Positions 1-9,041 of a DNA stretch of 64,000 nucleotides are shown in pieces. Source of the stretch: an uncultured Gammaproteobacteria bacterium (GTDB lineage: Bacteria > Patescibacteriota > Microgenomatia > Levybacterales > UBA12049); contig CAZSWA010000007.1 of assembly GCA_964610465.1 (NCBI GenBank), positions 4,062 to 68,061 of the forward strand, in the 5' to 3' direction. Position numbers and translations under genes: made by a program. The stretch's first letter is position 1, and each line of letters opens with the position of its first letter. The notes beneath the pieces were generated by a model. It was not told where the DNA came from. It made no database searches and saw only the letters and a program-made list of their open reading frames with translations.

Positions 1-984
1 CTTGCTGATGATAATCCTACTTGGAAAATTGAACAATTAGTTACACATCTTTCTCAAAACTCAGACAATAATAATACACTTACCATTGAGCAAGTTATTG
101 CTTTCTTTAAACGTATAGACCATCCTTCTCTTTTGCAGATAGATTTTGCAACTATTTCTGTCGAAACTCTTTTACTCTATCCTGAAGTACAACAACTTTT
201 GACAATTGCCTGTCAGCATCCTGAATGGTCAACTCAGCAAATGATTGATATGATGCCAAAAACTGCAATTGGTGGGCCAATTCTTTCTTATCAGACAGTA
301 CGTACTATCCTAAACCGTTTTCATCTCACGTCTCCCATACGCAGACAACTGGGAAGTAAACCAATTACTGAGCTACTGCAAAAATATCCGTTGCCCAAAG
401 TTCATCCACTTACAATTGATATTCCTGAAGTAATTGCAAAATGTAAAGAAAATCGTAAGATACAAAATCCAGAACACACTTTAGAAAATCCTAGAAAAGA
501 TGTTGTACCACAAGTTTCTGTACAAACTGTATCAGAGGAAGTGCCAATCGAAACATCACAAGAATTACCAACTCCAAATCCTATTCCTGAGCATCAATCG
601 TTTGCGTCAACATTTATTGCTCAGCGTCTTGCAGAGATAGACAATATAGATAGGATGGGTATTCAAGCCGTGCAGAATACGGTTTCTGATAAAAAAGAGA
701 ATCCTTATGCTACACAGCATTTTCAAGATACACATGTGGATAAATTCTCAATAACTAGAGAAAACGCACGTCCTGTAAATAAAAGTGATGTGTCAGTTTC
801 TCAAGGCACAATGGAACCTCATAAAGCCAAATATTTTACTAGAAATATCATCCTTTTTTTTATTCTTGCGCTGTTCCTTTTTATTGGTATGATTTGGTGG
901 CTAAATATATATGCCAATGCTCATACAAGTTCTACTTCTCAAATACAAAGTTCATTGCCTGTAGTAATCAGGCAAGGTAATTAA
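1..984 (+). CDS. 5'-truncated membrane-anchored protein with two HTH-like repeats, a P/T/Q-rich linker and a C-terminal TM helix
   Basis: Frame 1 is open from base 1 (LADDNPTWKIEQLV...) into the 133..984 ORF. Repeats NPTWKIEQLV / HPEWSTQQMI; hydrophobic IILFFILALFLFIGMIWW near the C-terminus. Confidence 0.7.
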   Translation, partial: LADDNPTWKIEQLVTHLSQNSDNNNTLTIEQVIAFFKRIDHPSLLQIDFATISVETLLLYPEVQQLLTIACQHPEWSTQQMIDMMPKTAIGGPILSYQTVRTILNRFHLTSPIRRQLGSKPITELLQKYPLPKVHPLTIDIPEVIAKCKENRKIQNPEHTLENPRKDVVPQVSVQTVSEEVPIETSQELPTPNPIPEHQSFASTFIAQRLAEIDNIDRMGIQAVQNTVSDKKENPYATQHFQDTHVDKFSITRENARPVNKSDVSVSQGTMEPHKAKYFTRNIILFFILALFLFIGMIWWLNIYANAHTSSTSQIQSSLPVVIRQGN

Positions 985-992
985 TCAAAAGT

Positions 993-2525
993 CTATATTT
1001 CAACCATCATGTGTTCCCTTTTCCCGTGATGAGCAATATTTCTTGTATCATGTACAAAAAACGCAGCAAGTGCGCCAAACCCAATAAGAATTCCTGAAAC
1101 ATGAAATACAGTTGCGTAGGCTAGAACATTTGCTTTTACTGTCATAAGCGTTATTGCTTCCTGTATCAGAGCTGGATTTAGGGTATGTATCAATGAATAC
1201 TTTTGAAGGGATAAAAGATTTTTAGTTACTGAATTTGAAAGAATTGTTGCAAAAATTGCCACGCCAAATGCTCCAGAAATATTGCGAACAAGCGCAAGAA
1301 TGGATGATGCGATTCCTACTTCTTGCAATGGCACAGTAGATGTTGCTGCCTGAGTAAGAGGTGATAACCCCATTCCAAGTCCAAAAGCAAAAACCATAAG
1401 TTTCCAGGCAATATCCCAAAAACCCCATTTGATATCAATACTACTCATCGAAAAATAGACGATAAATGCGGAGAGACACATTCCGCTTGCTATCACAAAA
1501 CGCGCTGGAAATTTTGCAGAGAGACGGGCTCCAAGAGGCGCACCGGCTAAGATACTGAGTGCCATTGGAATAAAAAGATAGCCAGCCTTGGTTACTGAAT
1601 ATCCAAGATATGTTTGAGCAAACAAAGGAACAAGAAATATTCCGCCAATAAGTCCCATGAAAGAAATAAAAGAAGTAATTAGTGCAGCTGAAAATGCCGG
1701 TATTTTGAAAAATTTCAAATCTACAATTGGCTCTTTTTCCCGCAGTTCAATAAAAAGGAATGCAACAAAGGAAATAGCAATCACTGCATAAGAAATAATA
1801 CTTTTTTCACTTCCCCATCCCCATCTTTGTCCTTGATCAAGAACCAAAACCATTGTTCCAAGCGCAGTACCAAGAAGCAATGATCCTGCAATATCAAAAT
1901 TTTGAAAACCTCTTATTTCATGAGCGTTTTCTTTAATAAAGGTCATTGCCATCCAGGCACCCAAAATACCAAGTGGCACATTGATATAAAATACTGAACG
2001 CCATGAAAATGCATCAATTAAGGGACCGCCTATCAATGGACCAAATACTGAGGCAGCAGCAAAAACTCCTGACCAGAGTCCCATTGCCAATGCCCGTTGG
2101 CCTTTTTCTTCAAAGGTATACGCGATAATTGATAATGCGATTGGATAATCAATAGAAACTGTTATTGCCTGAAGAATTCTGAAAAACACAATTGATGGGA
2201 GATTAAATGAAAGTCCAGCAAGCATAGAAGTCAGCGTAAATCCGATAATCCCAAAAAGATAGAGCGGTTTTCTGCCAATCATATCTCCCATTTTCCCAAA
2301 AATCGGAACAAAAATTGCATTGGCAATAATGTATGCAGTTGAAATCCAGCTTGCTTGAGAAACAGTAATACCAAAGTCCTGAATAATTTTGGGAAGAGCC
2401 AAATTAACAATTGTTCCATCAAGCCGTCCCAGAAATGATGCAATCATGACGGTCCCAAGAATCAGCCATTGTTGTGTTTCAAAACGTTTTTTTTGTGGAA
2501 CCTGGGATTCTTTGTTTTTTGCCAT
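993..2525 (-). CDS. DHA2 (EmrB/QacA) family MFS drug efflux transporter
   Basis: LDGTIVNLALP, GKMGDMIGRK (motif A), GPLIGG..WRSVFYINVPLG; many TM segments. Confidence 0.93.
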   Translation of the reverse strand: MAKNKESQVPQKKRFETQQWLILGTVMIASFLGRLDGTIVNLALPKIIQDFGITVSQASWISTAYIIANAIFVPIFGKMGDMIGRKPLYLFGIIGFTLTSMLAGLSFNLPSIVFFRILQAITVSIDYPIALSIIAYTFEEKGQRALAMGLWSGVFAAASVFGPLIGGPLIDAFSWRSVFYINVPLGILGAWMAMTFIKENAHEIRGFQNFDIAGSLLLGTALGTMVLVLDQGQRWGWGSEKSIISYAVIAISFVAFLFIELREKEPIVDLKFFKIPAFSAALITSFISFMGLIGGIFLVPLFAQTYLGYSVTKAGYLFIPMALSILAGAPLGARLSAKFPARFVIASGMCLSAFIVYFSMSSIDIKWGFWDIAWKLMVFAFGLGMGLSPLTQAATSTVPLQEVGIASSILALVRNISGAFGVAIFATILSNSVTKNLLSLQKYSLIHTLNPALIQEAITLMTVKANVLAYATVFHVSGILIGFGALAAFFVHDTRNIAHHGKREHMMVEI

Positions 2526-2526
2526 A

Positions 2527-3168
2527 CTATTGGGGAGTATTGGTATAAATAATAAGTTTGGCGCTCATGCCATTTTTAAGTTGCGGATATTTAGAAGCAT
2601 CAAAACGTACATAGACTTGAAATTGTTGCACAGGACGCTCGCTGGATATAGAAAATGCTGCCTGGGTTTGTTTGGCAGTTTGACTGATTTCATCGACATA
2701 TCCCCAAAATGTTTGTCCAGGATACGCATCAACCGTAAATGAAGCAGGCTGCCCTATGTGAATTTTATCAAGACCTTTTGTTTCATCAATTGTACCCACA
2801 ACCCGCATTTGGGATGGATCAATAAGCTGTGCAAGTACTATTTCTGGAGTAATTGTGCCTCCAATTGCATCATTTGCTGTCACGATAAGTCCATCTGTTT
2901 GCGAACGGATTGCCTGTCCACCAACTACTGCGATAGTATCACCTCTTTTTATTAATTTTCCTTCCTGCGCATCTACTTCTGTAAGTATTCCGGATAAAGG
3001 TGCACTGATTGGGATAATCGTTGCATTGATTAATGAATCATCAATATATATTCTATCCCGTCGAGTTTGCCAAAACCAGAATCCTCCAACCAGAAGTATA
3101 ATAAGCGCTACTGATGCAATAATGCGTAAAATCTTTTTGTTTTTTAGAAATCCTAATCTGTTTTTCAT
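2527..3168 (-). CDS. HlyD/EmrA-type membrane fusion protein (short)
   Basis: N-terminal TM, ISAPLSG lipoyl-like half, GQPASFTVDAYPGQTFWGYV, LKNGMSA. Confidence 0.88.
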   Translation of the reverse strand: MKNRLGFLKNKKILRIIASVALIILLVGGFWFWQTRRDRIYIDDSLINATIIPISAPLSGILTEVDAQEGKLIKRGDTIAVVGGQAIRSQTDGLIVTANDAIGGTITPEIVLAQLIDPSQMRVVGTIDETKGLDKIHIGQPASFTVDAYPGQTFWGYVDEISQTAKQTQAAFSISSERPVQQFQVYVRFDASKYPQLKNGMSAKLIIYTNTPQ

Positions 3169-3176
3169 AATGTTTT

Positions 3177-3269
3177 AGAAGCTATTTTCAAAACCTGTCA
3201 TTCCCGCCTTAAGCGGGAATCCAATCCCGATTGCATAGAGGATGACAAAGAGGTTTGAAAATGACTTCT
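3177..3269. repeat. Palindromic REP/MITE-like element
   Basis: Outer imperfect IR AGAAGCTATTTTCAAAACCT / AGGTTTGAAAATGACTTCT encloses TGTCATTCCCGC-CTTAA-GCGGGAATCC...GAGGATGACA. Confidence 0.7.
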
Positions 3270-3272
3270 GGT

Positions 3273-4373
3273 TTAAAACACTTGATATCTTTGCGACACA
3301 ATATATTCAGGGTTAGTTATTAACTCATCATTTTCTTCAAGTCCTGTAAGTACTTCGGTCATGCCTCCATGAGTTTTGCCCACAGTAATGTTGCGAAGTA
3401 CAGGTTTGCCATTGGTTATTACCCAGATAGAACCATGACTGAATACCATCCATGTGGGAACAAGTTTTACTGCGTTTTGTATGTTGCTTTGAATCATTGC
3501 AGTTCCTTCTTGTCCAAGTTTGGCAGTACTAGGTAAGACAGTACTTTGGATATCGACTTGATAGGCATTGCCACCTGTGGGAAGAACAATTTTATCAGGA
3601 TATATTTTAATTACGGTGCCAGTAATTGCGTTTTGGTTATTGCCAAATTTTATTGTTGCAGTACTTCCTGTTGCTACATAATCTATATCGTTCTCTAAAA
3701 CGTTTGCGCGAAATACAAGAGATGATGGGTCAGTAACGACAAAAGACGTAGTGGTAGTGACATTTACTCCGGAAGTTGTCACATCCATATGTGTTACTAT
3801 TCCATCAATCGGCGAGGTAAGGGTTGCGAGTTGCAAAGCCTGTTGAGCAATCTCTACATTAAGTACAGAATTATTGAGACTTTGTTGATTTTCATCAAGG
3901 ATTCGTTTTGCCGCATCATTAATGATACTTGAAGAATTGTCTGCTGAAACACCGGCTGCATTGGCAATTACTTTTTGCTGTCCTTGCAAGATGTTGTTTG
4001 TACTATTTGTCTGTGTCTGATCAAATGCATCTCGAGTTGACTGATAGGTGTTAAGCGCTTGGGTCAGTTGTTTCTGAAGAGTTGTCGTATCAAGACTTGC
4101 AATAATTTGTCCTTGTTTTACACTATCTCCCTCTTTGAAAGGAAGATAGACAAGATTTCCAGCGGTTTGAAAATGCAGATTTGCCTGATTTTGAGCAGTT
4201 ATTGCTCCATCTGCCTGGATAACTGTATTAATAGTTCTGACAGCAACCGTCTGTGTTTTTTCAGAAGCAGTTACTCTTAGAAAAAGTTGCGATGTAACGA
4301 TAAGAACAAGGCTTATACCTAACGCTATTCCAAGGAAAGAAAGTATTGATTTTAAAGATATTTTGTTTTTCAT
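3273..4373 (-). CDS. Efflux periplasmic adaptor (membrane fusion) protein
   Basis: KEGDSVKQGQIIASLD, helical hairpin, LTSPIDGIV, TEVLTGLEENDELI. Confidence 0.9.
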   Translation of the reverse strand: MKNKISLKSILSFLGIALGISLVLIVTSQLFLRVTASEKTQTVAVRTINTVIQADGAITAQNQANLHFQTAGNLVYLPFKEGDSVKQGQIIASLDTTTLQKQLTQALNTYQSTRDAFDQTQTNSTNNILQGQQKVIANAAGVSADNSSSIINDAAKRILDENQQSLNNSVLNVEIAQQALQLATLTSPIDGIVTHMDVTTSGVNVTTTTSFVVTDPSSLVFRANVLENDIDYVATGSTATIKFGNNQNAITGTVIKIYPDKIVLPTGGNAYQVDIQSTVLPSTAKLGQEGTAMIQSNIQNAVKLVPTWMVFSHGSIWVITNGKPVLRNITVGKTHGGMTEVLTGLEENDELITNPEYIVSQRYQVF

Positions 4374-4798
4374 TTCTGTATATTTGCTACTAAATTTTTC
4401 ATGATATATAAAAGCTGCAGTTTTTCTTCCTGTGAAAGATAAGAAAGCATACGAGTGATCTTTTGATTACGTTGTTTCATAACTTCTTTGAGTAATTCTT
4501 CTCCTTTTTGAGTCAGAACAAGCTTGACAATTCTTCGGTCCTCTTTATCATTTTGACGCGTTATGAGTTTTGTTGTAACCAGTTTATTGGATAAAGAAGT
4601 AGCCGTAGGCAGTGAAATTTTAAAATGATTTGCAATCTCAGTCATGGTGATACTTCCCAACTTATGGATAAAAATGAGTGCATGTATCTGTAAAATAGTA
4701 AGCTGTGCGGTATCTGAATCAAAAGACATTTCGTCCTTGAGTTTTCGGGAGAGTGCAAATATCAATTCAGCAATTTCGTCATTGAGTCTGTCATGCAT
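4370..4798 (-). CDS. MarR family transcriptional regulator
   Basis: LTILQIHAL, wHTH, DKEDRRIVKLVLTQKG. Confidence 0.93.
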   Translation of the reverse strand: MHDRLNDEIAELIFALSRKLKDEMSFDSDTAQLTILQIHALIFIHKLGSITMTEIANHFKISLPTATSLSNKLVTTKLITRQNDKEDRRIVKLVLTQKGEELLKEVMKQRNQKITRMLSYLSQEEKLQLLYIMKNLVANIQK

Positions 4799-4809
4799 AT
4801 ATAGATAAG

Positions 4810-4836
4810 CTAATTGTTAGACTGTCTAACTATTAG
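4810..4836. promoter_or_regulatory. Probable MarR operator
   Basis: Perfect GTTAGAC-T-GTCTAAC (4816-4830) extended by CTAAT/ATTAG, between the -10 box and the marR start. Confidence 0.75.
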
Positions 4837-4864
4837 ATTATACAACTAATAAAGCGGCTGTCAA
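4837..4864 (-). promoter_or_regulatory. sigma70 promoter of the marR-efflux operon
   Basis: TTGACA-16 nt-TATAAT on the minus strand. Confidence 0.8.
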
Positions 4865-4877
4865 GTAGTTTGTTCGT

Positions 4878-6209
4878 CTATTTGATATTTGTTTGTAATC
4901 TGTTTACATCTCTCCATCCGATATCACGCCTAAAATGTAATAACTTTGTTCCTCCATCAATACGAATCTTATCCATTGCTTCATATGCTTTCTTACGTGC
5001 ATCAATCACTGTATTTCCTTCACCAACTACATAAAAAAGTCTCCCACCATTGGCATAATTTCTCCCGTTAACTTTTTTTATCCCTGCTCCATATATCATA
5101 ACTCCTTCAACATTTCGCGCATTTTCTAATCCCGATATGATTTTGCCTTTCACTTCTGAATAATCATCAGGATATCCTCTGGAAGTTCCGGCGACTGCAA
5201 CTCGTGCTTTGCCATCTGTTTGTATCTGAATTGAGTTTAAGTTTCTTGTGGCAACTGCCAAACTTACTTTAAATAAATCATTTATAATTCCAGTTACTAT
5301 TACTTGTGCTTCCGGGTCGCCCCAACGTGCATTATATTCAATGACATTGGGTTTTCCTCTTTTATCAACATGCATCCCTCCAAGATATAATATTCCAGTA
5401 TAAGGTGTATTTGCTTTTTTCATTCCTTTAAATGTTTTATCCAAAATATCAGTTCGTACAGTTTGCATAATTTCTTCTGTGAGCAAAACAGGTGGAGTGC
5501 TACATCCCATACCGCCGGTATTTTTCCCTTGGTCTCCATCATTTACTCTTTTATGATCCTGAGCACTGCCTATAATTTGATAGGTATTCCCATCTGAAAT
5601 TGCAAAAGTCGAAAATTCTTCACCTATGAGCATTTGTTCAAGCAAAAATATATTGCCTGCTCCTTTAAACTGTTTCATTTCATCTATAGCTTTTATTGTC
5701 TCTTCACTACTATTTGTCAGTAGTACTCCTTTGCCTTCTGCTAACCCGTTAGCTTTGACGACCAATGGGCCTGGATGTTGTGCAACATACTGATATCCTT
5801 CTTCAGGTGTCTGACATACCTTAAATGCGGGATGAGGAATACCATTATCTCTCATAAATTCTCGTGCATAGCCTTTGTCCCACTCCAGTCTTCCAGCTTC
5901 ACGTTTTGGACCAATGTATGCAATTCCTTCTTCTGATAATCTATCAGCTAATCCTGCTTCTACTGCATTATCTTGCGCAATATCAACAAGGGTAATACGT
6001 TCTTCTCTACATATTGTTATGATATCTGAAATATCAGTAGTTTTTATGTTTGGAAAAGTACGAAGGGGTTTTTCTGTGGTATCCTGCATAGAATCATTGC
6101 CCGGTGCTGCATATACGGCATGTACCTCTGGACTTTGAGAATACTTATGTACAAGAGCAGTTTCTCTTCCTCCTCCTCCGATAACCAGCACCGAGTTTTC
6201 TTTTCGCAT
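4878..6209 (-). CDS. purD: Phosphoribosylamine--glycine ligase
   Basis: VLVIGGGGRE, VVKANGLAEGKGV, QDHKRVNDGDQGKNTGGMG, EYNARWGDPE. Start set at the ATG at 6209 (MRKENSVL) to avoid overlap. Confidence 0.95.
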   Translation of the reverse strand: MRKENSVLVIGGGGRETALVHKYSQSPEVHAVYAAPGNDSMQDTTEKPLRTFPNIKTTDISDIITICREERITLVDIAQDNAVEAGLADRLSEEGIAYIGPKREAGRLEWDKGYAREFMRDNGIPHPAFKVCQTPEEGYQYVAQHPGPLVVKANGLAEGKGVLLTNSSEETIKAIDEMKQFKGAGNIFLLEQMLIGEEFSTFAISDGNTYQIIGSAQDHKRVNDGDQGKNTGGMGCSTPPVLLTEEIMQTVRTDILDKTFKGMKKANTPYTGILYLGGMHVDKRGKPNVIEYNARWGDPEAQVIVTGIINDLFKVSLAVATRNLNSIQIQTDGKARVAVAGTSRGYPDDYSEVKGKIISGLENARNVEGVMIYGAGIKKVNGRNYANGGRLFYVVGEGNTVIDARKKAYEAMDKIRIDGGTKLLHFRRDIGWRDVNRLQTNIK

Positions 6210-6219
6210 ATTTATTACT

Positions 6220-7797
6220 TTATGGTTGTTCTTTAAACCACCACCTGGTAGTTTCGTTGAATACACGAAGAGGCGTAACCGGATACCAATGTGCTTGGAA
6301 AAGCGCAGTTGGCGTTGCTAAAGATAAATCAGCAATAAAGGTATCATGTGGATAGAGTTTACTAAAAAGCATTGCTTCAGTAGTTGCGTCAATACTATCT
6401 CCTTTTACCAAATTATTGCTTGGAAAAACACATCTTCCATCCATAAGCCCTACTTTCTTACCGGAATTATCAAGCCTTCCGGAATATGCAAGAAGAAGCG
6501 AGACAGCTTGTGCTCTATCATGGTTGTCATCTTTACAATTATATAAAATCACTTTTTGATTTGGAAATTTTTGTTTTACAAGACCTACTTCTCTATTTAT
6601 TTCAATTTCAAATGGTTGAGTATGGAGATAATTTAAACTATCTTGCAAAGTAAAGAAAATAAGAATTACGATAATTCCTGCTGCAATATATTTTCCGTAT
6701 TTGATTTTTGCAATATTCCAGATAAGATATGCAGTAAGTAAAAATACAAAAGGATTGAGAAATTGTATATATCCATATCCTCTTTCTCCCCAATAATACC
6801 GAAGTAATACAAAGTCAAAACAAAACGCAGCAAAAAGCAATGCAAGCGGAGCAGTAAGTCTTCTCTTAAATGCATGCCAGGTCATAATTCCAAATATTCC
6901 GATAAGAATGAATGCTGAGACTATATAAGAGATATCAGTCTTGCCAATTTTATATCTGATACTTAATGCGTATGCCAAAAATCCCGGCCAGAAGTCTCTT
7001 AAATAAAACAGCCAGCGGTTAGGTACATAAATTGCTTTTCTTCCTTCAGTATAATAATAAAACATATTACGAACCGTGTACCAATGATTATTGAGATCAA
7101 AAAATAAAAAAGGTAAAAATGTTACAAAAATACCAAGTGAGATGCAGACAAAATACAAATAATTTCGTGGTTTATACACTAAGAGAAGAATGGGAAGTAT
7201 CAGAAGTGAGAGCATCTGATAGTGATGATTGATACCTATGCCTAGCAGAATTCCCAATAAAAAACTCCACCAGAGTGACATATCCTTTTTTATTAATCTG
7301 ATAAATAACAATACAGATAAACCAGCATAAATTGAAATCATATTGGGATTGCCAAGTCCGGTTGCTGTTGATATTTGCGCCTGAGAAAAGGTAACAAAAA
7401 GCGCAACAAGCAATCCAAAATATTTTCCAATCAGCTCCTCGCCTATTTTGTACATCACTAAGATAAAGAATGTAGAAAGAAGACCTGCTAAAATCCATGG
7501 AGCATAGGGAACAAAAAATATTCTCGTAAAAATAATAAGTGCATAATAATACCATGGACCAAAAGTAAAAGGACCGAGGGAAGAAAAAGGTCCGGTAAGA
7601 GGAAGTTGCAGTAATTTTGCTCCTTCCATAGCAACCATAGCATCTCGAGTTGAATCACCGCCCAATGCATCACGACCGGGAGTATTGTAAAAGCGGAAAA
7701 ATATCCCTATGAGGAGAATAACAATAAGTAAATAAAGAGAAAAATTTTGTTGACTCGAAAGATTTGTGAGAATAGAAGTTCGTTTACCTTTTACCAT
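6220..7797 (-). CDS. GT-C fold membrane glycosyltransferase (GT39/ArnT-like)
   Basis: GDSTRD acidic loop after TM1, GPFSS..FGPWYYY, multiple TMs. Confidence 0.75.
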   Translation of the reverse strand: MVKGKRTSILTNLSSQQNFSLYLLIVILLIGIFFRFYNTPGRDALGGDSTRDAMVAMEGAKLLQLPLTGPFSSLGPFTFGPWYYYALIIFTRIFFVPYAPWILAGLLSTFFILVMYKIGEELIGKYFGLLVALFVTFSQAQISTATGLGNPNMISIYAGLSVLLFIRLIKKDMSLWWSFLLGILLGIGINHHYQMLSLLILPILLLVYKPRNYLYFVCISLGIFVTFLPFLFFDLNNHWYTVRNMFYYYTEGRKAIYVPNRWLFYLRDFWPGFLAYALSIRYKIGKTDISYIVSAFILIGIFGIMTWHAFKRRLTAPLALLFAAFCFDFVLLRYYWGERGYGYIQFLNPFVFLLTAYLIWNIAKIKYGKYIAAGIIVILIFFTLQDSLNYLHTQPFEIEINREVGLVKQKFPNQKVILYNCKDDNHDRAQAVSLLLAYSGRLDNSGKKVGLMDGRCVFPSNNLVKGDSIDATTEAMLFSKLYPHDTFIADLSLATPTALFQAHWYPVTPLRVFNETTRWWFKEQP

Positions 7798-7920
7798 TAT
7801 TGATGTAGATTACACTAAAGTTATTGGTATTTCAAGAAGAATTAAAATATCTAATGAGAAATGATGAATATGCATAGCTAACTAAAATATACAGAATATA
7901 AGATAAATTATCTATTAGTA

Positions 7921-8358
7921 TTGACAATCTCTAAGGAACCATATATTAATAAAGATAAGAAAGAAAATGTGAAAACAGAAACATCTGTTGCTGAGTGTTT
8001 GTCTGTAACCCATGTAAAAACTGGAGAAAATAAGTCGGGTCAAAATGTTGCTTCTGATTCAATAGTAAAGCTCTCATTGTACGAAAAAATACAAAATGGT
8101 TTTAGCAATATGCAAAGAGAAGTGGAACCGTTTTCTGTATACGTGAAACGCGCTGAAAAGTTGATAGTACAAATTGAAGATTGTCCTTTATCAAAATTTA
8201 TAATGCCTCCTGAGGTAATACTATTTGAAGGATTGACAAATGAACATATTTTAAGCGGTAGAGAACTAAAATCTAATGAAAGAGATGGAAGACTTAAGCA
8301 AATAGGTTTCGATCTGATTGTAAAAGGTGCAGTAAAAGCAGTGAGTTCTTTGTTATAA
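7921..8358 (+). CDS. Hypothetical protein (start may be the GTG at 7968)
   Basis: ORF fills the gap; no motif recognised. Confidence 0.45.
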   Translation: MTISKEPYINKDKKENVKTETSVAECLSVTHVKTGENKSGQNVASDSIVKLSLYEKIQNGFSNMQREVEPFSVYVKRAEKLIVQIEDCPLSKFIMPPEVILFEGLTNEHILSGRELKSNERDGRLKQIGFDLIVKGAVKAVSSLL

Positions 8359-8363
8359 TAAAT

Positions 8364-8714
8364 ATGGATGTACCACCTCCAGCACCAACAAATCAGGATA
8401 TTCCGCCAGAAATCCGTAGTTTTCTTGAAAATACAATACGAAAAGCCGGCATGGCAGAACAGGATGATGCAATCACTGAGGAAATGATACAGAGTATATA
8501 TGGCAAGCTCAACGAATATCTATCTATCAAATTAGCGCATTTTCTCCCTACTGAAAAACTGCCCGAATATTCAAGATTTAACCAACAAGGAACTTCAGTA
8601 GAACAAATACAAACATACTTATTTATAAATGTACCGAATGCCAAAGATATTATGAAACAAGCATATATAGAATTTCGACAAATGATTATTGACAATGCAA
8701 AAGAAAACAATTAA
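8364..8714 (+). CDS. DUF5663-like CPR protein
   Basis: IRSFLE..IRKAGM...EEMIQSIYGKLNEYL...HFLP..KL.EY pattern recalled for DUF5663. Confidence 0.65.
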   Translation: MDVPPPAPTNQDIPPEIRSFLENTIRKAGMAEQDDAITEEMIQSIYGKLNEYLSIKLAHFLPTEKLPEYSRFNQQGTSVEQIQTYLFINVPNAKDIMKQAYIEFRQMIIDNAKENN

Positions 8715-8729
8715 ATATATCCAGAAGAA

Positions 8730-8861
8730 ATAAACAAAATTAATAAATTCCAGAACACAAATTCCAATATTCAAATAAACTCAAAAATCCAAAATAATTT
8801 TAAGATTTTTTCAATTCTTATTTCATATCTATTTGGCTTTTGGTATTTATTATTTGAAATT
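8730..8861. repeat. A-rich/T-rich degenerate short-period repeat palindrome
   Basis: Left arm AAATTCCA/AATATTCA/AAAATCCA-type units, right arm TTTGGC/TTTGGT/TTTGAA-type units, between convergent genes. Confidence 0.5.
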
Positions 8862-9041
8862 TTATATGAGGCTGTAGATAAAAGGAGCAATGCCTGTTGA
8901 TTGAGCAAAGAAAAGAATCAGTCCAAAAATAAGAAGAAGTACAATAAATGGAATAATAAACCACATTTTCGCTTTCCAGAGGAATGTAAATAAATCCTGC
9001 ATTTCCTCACTTCGTAAAAATAATCTTCTTATTAATTTCAT
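8862..9041 (-). CDS. DUF5989 / SxtK-like small membrane protein (59 aa, absent from the ORF track)
   Basis: Hand translation MKLIRRLFLRSEEMQDLFTFLWKAKMWFIIPFIVLLLIFGLILFFAQSTGIAPFIYSLI*; ATGA overlap with the carbamoyltransferase stop. Confidence 0.88.
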   Translation of the reverse strand: MKLIRRLFLRSEEMQDLFTFLWKAKMWFIIPFIVLLLIFGLILFFAQSTGIAPFIYSLI

